Assembly (NCBI GenBank): GCA_018238625.1
Contig: JABCSY010000115.1
Span: 1 to 12,011, forward strand
From: Promethearchaeota archaeon
GTDB taxonomy: Archaea > Asgardarchaeota > Lokiarchaeia > Sigyniarchaeales > SOKP01
DNA: 12,011 nt
Direction: 5' to 3'
Of the stretch, positions 6,123 through 12,011 are shown one piece after another; positions within the stretch are counted from its first letter, which is position 1, and each line of letters begins with the position of its first letter. Made by a program: the position numbers and the translations under genes. The notes under the pieces were generated by a model. That model was not told where the DNA came from and did not search any database. It saw nothing but the letters and a program-made list of their open reading frames with translations.

Positions 6123-6536
6123 TTATTCCAACTTGGACCCACATTGGTGGCAAAAGCGAGCATCTTTATCTATCCTCGTCCCGCAAAATTGACAAAAGGA
6201 AGCTTTCGGTTTTGTAGGCTCTATAGGTTTGTAATCTTCTACTAACAAAGTTTGAACATCGTTTCTAACTGAACCCCCCACAACATATGGGTTTACTCTT
6301 GGAACTTGTTGTTGACTATATTGATCGTATTTCTTTTGTACTGGTTTACAACGTTTAGACTTTCCAGAAGAAGCATATGCAGCGGCTATCATAAAAATAG
6401 AAATGAAAATCAAAGGGTAAAATGGCGCTAATAGAAAGATGATAAATGGTTGTACAAGGATAAATAATAATGGCCCGAAACCTATAAATAATATTAGTAC
6501 TACTATCCATTCTGATCTTGAATTTCTATTTGACAT
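6123..6536 (-). CDS. Membrane-anchored zinc-ribbon protein (2 TM + C-terminal CxxC..CxxC), copy A
   Basis: Hydrophobic N-terminal hairpin, polar linker, FCQFCGTRIDKDARFCHQCGSKL. Confidence 0.88.
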   Translation of the reverse strand: MSNRNSRSEWIVVLILFIGFGPLLFILVQPFIIFLLAPFYPLIFISIFMIAAAYASSGKSKRCKPVQKKYDQYSQQQVPRVNPYVVGGSVRNDVQTLLVEDYKPIEPTKPKASFCQFCGTRIDKDARFCHQCGSKLE

Positions 6537-6568
6537 TTTATATTTTTTATTTTTAATTTATTATGTAA

Positions 6569-6985
6569 TTATTCCAACTTGGATCCACATTGGTGGCAAA
6601 AACGAGCATCTTGATCTATCCTCGTCCCGCAAAATTGACAAAAGAAAGCTTTCGGTTTTATAGGCTCTGAAGGTTTGTAATCTTCTACTAGTAAAGTTTG
6701 ACCATCGTTTCTAACTGAACTCCTCACAATATAAGGGTTTGCTCTTGGAACTTGTTGTTGACTGTATTGATCGAATTTCTTTTGTACTGGTTTACAACCT
6801 TTAGGCTTTCCAGAAGAAGTACATCCAGCGGCTATTATAAAAATAAAAATAAAAATGAAAATCACCGGGAAAATCCCTATAAATGGAGAGATACTAAATG
6901 GTAAATCAAGGATAAAAAATAGCCCAAAAGCCATAAAAAATAAAAATCCTACTATACATCCTGCTCCTGAATCTTTATTTGACAT
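6569..6985 (-). CDS. Membrane-anchored zinc-ribbon protein (2 TM + C-terminal CxxC..CxxC), copy B
   Basis: Same architecture, FCQFCGTRIDQDARFCHQCGSKL. Tandem paralogue of 6123-6536. Confidence 0.88.
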   Translation of the reverse strand: MSNKDSGAGCIVGFLFFMAFGLFFILDLPFSISPFIGIFPVIFIFIFIFIIAAGCTSSGKPKGCKPVQKKFDQYSQQQVPRANPYIVRSSVRNDGQTLLVEDYKPSEPIKPKAFFCQFCGTRIDQDARFCHQCGSKLE

Positions 6986-7366
6986 TTTATATCTTAATTT
7001 TCTTATATTTTTATATATTATTTAATATTATTTAATATACTCAATTAATAATTAGTATAATTATATATTTAAATGTTTCGTATACAGAAATATATATGAT
7101 AGAACAAGCTTAAAACTACTTTTCACTAACTTCTTAAATATATAAAAAAATATATAAATTTAAATTAGAGAAACATCACTTTATAAATAAACGCGACAAA
7201 AATAAGGAATATTTTTATATATACCAATATAAATAAATTGTTACGGTTGTAATCCTAATTAAAAATAATCTGAACATTTATTAGCATAGTTATTTAATAT
7301 TGAAATATATATTAAAATAGAAACATAGAAGGGAAAAAAGGTTAAAGAATTTTAAAGGTGATTTTA
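6986..7366. promoter_or_regulatory. AT-rich divergent promoter region
   Basis: About 380 bp non-coding between divergent genes, with several TATA-like boxes that cannot be assigned individually. AAGGTGA RBS at 7355-7361. Confidence 0.55.
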
Positions 7367-8104
7367 ATGGCTGATATTAATAAGAACAATAATAGTAATT
7401 CTGATGAAACGAAAGAAGTTGAATCAAAAGACAAACCAATCTATGTTAAAGTAGATGAGACTACTAGGAACATTATCGATAAATACAAGAATCTTGGAAC
7501 GACAATTTCTAATTTAGTGAAGGATGCAGTTGAAATGTATGACGAATATAATTCTATGTCGCCTGAAGTTAAGGCCATTGTTGATACATATAAGGAAGAA
7601 GAGGAAAATTTAGTTTCCTTTTTAGAACGCGCAATCGGTTATTATGGCAAACAAAAGAATCTTGACCGAGATTTATGGGTTAGGACTCGAGATGAGATGA
7701 AAATGATGCTTATCGGGAAAACAACTTTTAATCAATTGATCGCGGCAGCTGAATCTCCTAAAGAAGCTTTAGATAAACCTTTTAAAAAAAACGTAGCGGT
7801 TGACTTAATTTTATGGTATACCAAAAAACCCCTTAAAAACCTTACTTTAGACGAAATAATCAACACAGTTCAAAAAATTTGGGTTGTAGCTAATTATTTT
7901 TACAAGATAGATGTCCATAAGGAAGATGATGAGTTTCATATATTATTTAAACACAGGCAAAACAAAAGATATTCGCGTTACTGGCTTGGATACTTTACAG
8001 AACTGTTTCACACAGAAGAATTAGCGTATCAATGCATAACAGAGGGTCAAGCGTTTGACGAAACTCTTTCTATGACTATAAAAGTTGGGTACAAAAAAAA
8101 ATAG
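7367..8104 (+). CDS. Putative transcriptional regulator: N-terminal ribbon-helix-helix-like domain plus C-terminal alpha/beta (possibly V4R-like) domain
   Basis: KPIYVKVDETTRNIIDKYKNLGTTISNLVKDAVEMY fits the RHH strand-helix-G-x-S-helix pattern. The track's GTG 7358 lies inside the AAGGTGA RBS, so ATG 7367 is the likelier start. The C-terminal domain assignment is inference. Confidence 0.62.
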   Translation: MADINKNNNSNSDETKEVESKDKPIYVKVDETTRNIIDKYKNLGTTISNLVKDAVEMYDEYNSMSPEVKAIVDTYKEEEENLVSFLERAIGYYGKQKNLDRDLWVRTRDEMKMMLIGKTTFNQLIAAAESPKEALDKPFKKNVAVDLILWYTKKPLKNLTLDEIINTVQKIWVVANYFYKIDVHKEDDEFHILFKHRQNKRYSRYWLGYFTELFHTEELAYQCITEGQAFDETLSMTIKVGYKKK

Positions 8105-8145
8105 AAATTAAATCTTAAGATTTAAAATGTTTTTAATGTTTCTAA

Positions 8146-8514
8146 TTATTTAGCTGACTCGTCTTCTTGCATTATACCTAGCTTATTTCCTTCTGTATCG
8201 TTAAACATGTAGAAATAACCGACTCCGGGTACAGTTATTTTGGGAGAAACTAAAGTTCCTCCATTTGACTCAATTTTTTTACTAAATTCATCGACAGAAG
8301 ATACACTAATATAGTTAAAAATCTGATCTTCTAATTTTTCGCGTTTTTGTATGCCGCCCTCAATTCCTTTTTCGTTGTCATCTCCGGCATCAATCGTCCA
8401 ATATTCTACAGGACCTTCCCATTTTTCTATTTTCCAATTAAACACATTTTCGTAAAACTTTTTAGCTCTTAAAGGTTCGTCAGCATTAATTTCAAAATGA
8501 ATAACTTTTGGCAA
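8146..8514 (-). CDS. VOC family (glyoxalase/bleomycin resistance) protein
   Basis: VIHFEI.A....RA.KFY..VF.W, GG.......VPGVG......DTEGN.LGI. TTG start with AAGGTG RBS. Confidence 0.93.
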   Translation of the reverse strand: MPKVIHFEINADEPLRAKKFYENVFNWKIEKWEGPVEYWTIDAGDDNEKGIEGGIQKREKLEDQIFNYISVSSVDEFSKKIESNGGTLVSPKITVPGVGYFYMFNDTEGNKLGIMQEDESAK

Positions 8515-8758
8515 ATTTTACACCTTATTATTGTTTACAAATGTAAAATTTCGTAATGCTATATATATTAATTCATTATAAATCAAAGTATTGATGTTAA
8601 AGATTGTTATAAACAATGATATTATATGATTAATGCTATATAATATCTTTTTGATTATTTTATTCAAAACTCTGATATTATAGAGACTTTTAAATATTCT
8701 AGTTGCTAGATTGTATTAAATTTAAGAAAATTATAAAAAAAAGAGAGAGGGTTAAAAT

Positions 8759-9400
8759 ATGACTTTGGTCTTTAGTTTTATTGATTTTTCAATGCTACAC
8801 TATTTAGCAATAACTAGTTCAATAATTGCGATTATTTTCAATATATTCTTTATTCAATCGGGGAAAAAACAATCTCCAGAGGTCCATGCTTCTAAATATT
8901 TAATTTATCTTGGTATTACTAATATAAGTTTTATCGTTTTATCCTTTTTAATACCTGATTTATTATTAAAATCTCCATATAATGGAACTGAAACTCAAAT
9001 ATATTTAGCATATAATATTTTTCGAGGATTATTATTTAGCGTTCCATCATTGATTACTTATGGTGTGATATTTTTAATATTCGGATTAAAAAATCGACAA
9101 CGATTTAAGTCTTATATTATGATTTCAGGTATTTTATGGATTATTTCTTATTCTGTAAATGTGATAGGATTAAATGGAGAAATATACATGATTTTATTTC
9201 AACTTTTTGCGTTTGATATTTGGACAATTACTACAATTTACATAATAGGTAGCTCTTTTGGATGTCTTACATTGATTGGATTTATTTTGCTAATAGTTCA
9301 TGGTTTCAAAAACAATGATAATAATATGATTTATGCTGGATTAGTTTATATCCTTGGTTCTGCTTTATCTATTATCATCGCATTATTCATAACATCTTAG
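8759..9400 (+). CDS. Hypothetical membrane protein (~6 TM)
   Basis: 213-aa ORF that is almost entirely hydrophobic helices. GAGAGGG upstream of the ATG and a T-tract downstream. Confidence 0.75.
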   Translation: MTLVFSFIDFSMLHYLAITSSIIAIIFNIFFIQSGKKQSPEVHASKYLIYLGITNISFIVLSFLIPDLLLKSPYNGTETQIYLAYNIFRGLLFSVPSLITYGVIFLIFGLKNRQRFKSYIMISGILWIISYSVNVIGLNGEIYMILFQLFAFDIWTITTIYIIGSSFGCLTLIGFILLIVHGFKNNDNNMIYAGLVYILGSALSIIIALFITS

Positions 9401-9539
9401 TACACTTTTTCCATAAATTAAACCTTTTTTTTATTATATTGAACATAAAAAATTAAATTAATTAAGATGTAAAGGTAGAAGCTTAAATATCTAAACTCAA
9501 ATAGAAAAATCTTTTAATAATTTTGCTTTAGTTAAGATT

Positions 9540-10607
9540 ATGAACTACTTTACCAAAAATACTCTTTTATCTTTCAAGGAAGATATTGGCAACCCTATCG
9601 AATTAAATTTTAACGACGAAAGTTCTGCGGTAGTTTCTGAGTATGGTGGGCGCCTTTTAGGGCTATATCCAAAGAACGATTGTTATAGTTTGCTGTGGAT
9701 TAATCCAGAGATAAAAGAAGTAGTTAAAACAAGGAGAAGAGATATTGGCGGAGATAGATATTGGATTAGTCCAGAAAGAGAATTTTTTTACGAAAAACCT
9801 CAAACATGGGAAGGATGGTTTTGTCCTCATGGTTTGGACCCTGCTTATTACGAAATCTTGGCTGAATCTTCAACTTCATGCACTCTTTCAAGTATGGTAA
9901 CAGTAGAATCTCAGATTAAAAAACATATTTATAACGGTGAAATTACTCGTCAAATCTCTCTGATTAAAGAGCCAATCTCGACGGGACTGAGCTATTGTGG
10001 CGTTGAATTCGTGGACGACTGCGTTTTTTTCCAACCAAACTTAAAAATTAACGGATGGTCGTTAGCGTGTGTAATTAGCGGTGGACCATCAAATCCTGGA
10101 ACTGTTTTAGTACCTACTAAACCTAATCCTAAACCGCTTTCTTACTTTCGTAATATCCCCGAAGATCGATTGAACATAGGGGACAATTACGTTGCCTTCA
10201 AATTAGACGTTGACGATGTTTACAAATTAGCAGTTCGGCCTGAAGATATTGATTTTACTCGGCACGCAAAAATCGGTTACGTACTTAAAATTCCTGATTC
10301 AGAAGAATATGGCTTTTTAGTTAAGCTTTCCAACGATATCCCTAAAACTCAAGATGATTGCTTTGATGTTTCTCGAGATCATCCCGAGAGCGAAATTGGC
10401 GTGATTCAATCGTATAATTCGGAATCTCCAAATAAACCGTCGTTAAAATACGGGGAAATCGAGCTACAACTAAATAAATTTGAAGCTATTGATAACGCGT
10501 CACATGGAAAAGCTAGACATCAAATCATTGGATACATTGGGTCAAAAGAGGAAGTTTTAGAGGTTGTAGAGAAATATTTGGGAATCGCAAATCTAAGCCT
10601 ATTTTAA
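9540..10607 (+). CDS. Conserved hypothetical protein, probable galactose-mutarotase-like beta-sandwich (DUF6786/DUF4380-like)
   Basis: V...YGGR.LG......LLWINP and GGDR.W.SPE motifs, and C-terminal YGEIELQ. The family was recalled from motif resemblance, not searched. Confidence 0.55.
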   Translation: MNYFTKNTLLSFKEDIGNPIELNFNDESSAVVSEYGGRLLGLYPKNDCYSLLWINPEIKEVVKTRRRDIGGDRYWISPEREFFYEKPQTWEGWFCPHGLDPAYYEILAESSTSCTLSSMVTVESQIKKHIYNGEITRQISLIKEPISTGLSYCGVEFVDDCVFFQPNLKINGWSLACVISGGPSNPGTVLVPTKPNPKPLSYFRNIPEDRLNIGDNYVAFKLDVDDVYKLAVRPEDIDFTRHAKIGYVLKIPDSEEYGFLVKLSNDIPKTQDDCFDVSRDHPESEIGVIQSYNSESPNKPSLKYGEIELQLNKFEAIDNASHGKARHQIIGYIGSKEEVLEVVEKYLGIANLSLF

Positions 10608-10612
10608 GAAAT

Positions 10613-10642
10613 AAAAAAAAAATTGAGATTTTAGATTTTTTT
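10613..10642. terminator. Probable bidirectional oligo-T terminator region between convergent genes
   Basis: A10 (10613-10622, T10 on minus) and T7 (10636-10642) in the 48-bp gap between the stops at 10607 and 10656. Confidence 0.5.
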
Positions 10643-10655
10643 GATGGAATTAACC

Positions 10656-10982
10656 TTAGGGAAGTTCTATTCCATACGCCTTAAAACCCTCTTGATAAGT
10701 TGCCCAAACTTCAATAGACGATTCAAATCCCTCGATTTCTGAGAAATAAGCCATTTCCTTCATTACCTCATTCAATGCTTCCTCAAGTTTTCCTTCTTTT
10801 ACAAGCGTAACACTTAACATTCTTACTCCATCTTCAGAGAATTTACCAGCCGAACGTACAAGAGTTTCCTGTATAGATTCATCGTCAGGAAACAAATTTT
10901 TTTTCCTAGCTTCAAGAACTTTTTCTACGACTTTAGTTGTGATGTGACTTGGGTACTTAGTAAATAAAACTAAATGCGGCAT
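10656..10982 (-). CDS. Hypothetical small alpha/beta protein
   Basis: 108-aa ORF, ATG preceded by GAGGGTAA, normal composition. No family named with confidence. Confidence 0.8.
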   Translation of the reverse strand: MPHLVLFTKYPSHITTKVVEKVLEARKKNLFPDDESIQETLVRSAGKFSEDGVRMLSVTLVKEGKLEEALNEVMKEMAYFSEIEGFESSIEVWATYQEGFKAYGIELP

Positions 10983-11174
10983 AAATTTACCCTCTTATTT
11001 TTATTTATGTATGATTTTATCCAACCAAATTGGATTCTAGATTACATTATTTCTAATCTTTAAAAATTTTACATTTTTATCAAAAAAATTAATATTAATG
11101 TACATTTCATTTTTAACTTTCTTGAAGAAATTTAGAAAATAAAAAAAAAGGGTTTAGGATTAAATTCTTCAATC

Positions 11175-11462
11175 TTATTTTAAATTTTCTCCACATTGAG
11201 GGCAGATATTGGCATTACCATCAATTTTTTCTCCACAATATCGGCAAATTTGCGTTGCTTCTTTATTGTTATAGACTGTGTCAGGATAAGCTTTATATGG
11301 GCTTAATTGTTGTTTTCTTTTTTCGCTTCTTTTTCCACCGCCCATTATGCTCCGTATTATTATAATGAAAATAAAGATAAAAAATGCAACCGCAATTACG
11401 GCTATAATTATGAAAATAATGAAGAATGAATTAAAAAAATCCATAAAAGGGTCAAAAGTCAT
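11175..11462 (-). CDS. Membrane-anchored zinc-ribbon protein (1 TM + CxxC..CxxC)
   Basis: Long Phe/Ile-rich hydrophobic segment followed by ICRYCGEKIDGNANICPQCGENL. Confidence 0.85.
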   Translation of the reverse strand: MTFDPFMDFFNSFFIIFIIIAVIAVAFFIFIFIIIIRSIMGGGKRSEKRKQQLSPYKAYPDTVYNNKEATQICRYCGEKIDGNANICPQCGENLK

Positions 11463-11503
11463 TTTAATCTCTCTGAATCTATTTTTTCTATTGATTATTT
11501 TTT

Positions 11504-11917
11504 TTAATTCTTTTTAAATTTTCCCGAAAACCTTTCGTAATTACCTGGTAATTTTCCCTTCTCTTGAAGGTAAACCAACCAACGGTGAACTTCACTTTCT
11601 AAAAACAGTTTGAAATCTAAGCTTTCAAAAGTGTCAAAAAAATTATAGCTAACCTTTACTTTGAAAGGAGGGGCGTCAGTAACTAAATTAGCTTCGGCAA
11701 CTATTATGGAAGTAATATCTTTGATATATATTTCGTTTTCTACGTTAACAATGCATCTTACAAAAGCTCTAACTAACCAAATAAGGTAATCGTCGAAATG
11801 TTCGCTTACAGTTCTATTGAGTATTCCTTTAATTCCTTTTGCTTCTTTTTGACTAAATCGCTCTTGAACGAATGATGATAGAAATTGCTCTAAACTTTCA
11901 GCAGATAATTCCGCCAT
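11504..11917 (-). CDS. Hypothetical soluble protein
   Basis: 137-aa ORF with ATG start, mostly helical composition. No motif recognised. Confidence 0.75.
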   Translation of the reverse strand: MAELSAESLEQFLSSFVQERFSQKEAKGIKGILNRTVSEHFDDYLIWLVRAFVRCIVNVENEIYIKDITSIIVAEANLVTDAPPFKVKVSYNFFDTFESLDFKLFLESEVHRWLVYLQEKGKLPGNYERFSGKFKKN

Positions 11918-12011
11918 AGTTTTAAAATGATTTGATCCCTTATAAATTTATAAGATAAGAATAATTAATTCTTTAATATAATACATAATGGTTATAAAAA
12001 TTGAAAAGTTC

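Larger units (their letters stand above)
6121..6992. repeat. Tandem gene duplication, ~446-bp period
   Basis: 6123-6373 aligns ungapped to 6569-6819 with about 19 mismatches by eye. The start contexts are identical (tttgacattttatat). Confidence 0.92.

Noticed and set aside
6439-6663. 74-aa plus-strand ORF
   Set aside because: Antisense across two well-supported zinc-ribbon genes.
6123-6819. Duplicated segment as a DGR template/variable repeat pair
   Set aside because: Mismatches are not confined to adenines of one copy, both copies are intact genes, and there is no reverse transcriptase in the window.

Overview
AT-rich archaeal window. Intron-containing tRNAs, GGTGA-type ribosome-binding sites and oligo-T terminators support an archaeal origin; the gene families suggest Asgard/Lokiarchaeia, which is an inference. 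From left to right: (1) the 5' part of an NAD(P)HX epimerase gene. (2) Two minus-strand tRNA genes absent from the ORF track, elongator tRNA-Met(CAT) and tRNA-Thr(GGT). Each carries two introns, and three of the four sit at non-canonical sites and are about 30 nt long. tRNA-Met also has an aberrant T-loop. (3) A polytopic membrane protein, a YhhN/lysoplasmalogenase-family protein, and a beta-carbonic anhydrase with a long C-terminal tail. (4) A probable five-gene membrane-microdomain operon: two tandem-duplicated TM+zinc-ribbon proteins, an NfeD-like protein with a 96-aa Asp-(Val/Ile) repeat, a small tail-anchored protein and an SPFH/flotillin-like protein. It is divergent from a probable ribbon-helix-helix regulator. 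(5) A VOC/glyoxalase, a membrane protein, a probable galactose-mutarotase-like protein and three small hypothetical genes. No mobile element or CRISPR array is evident.
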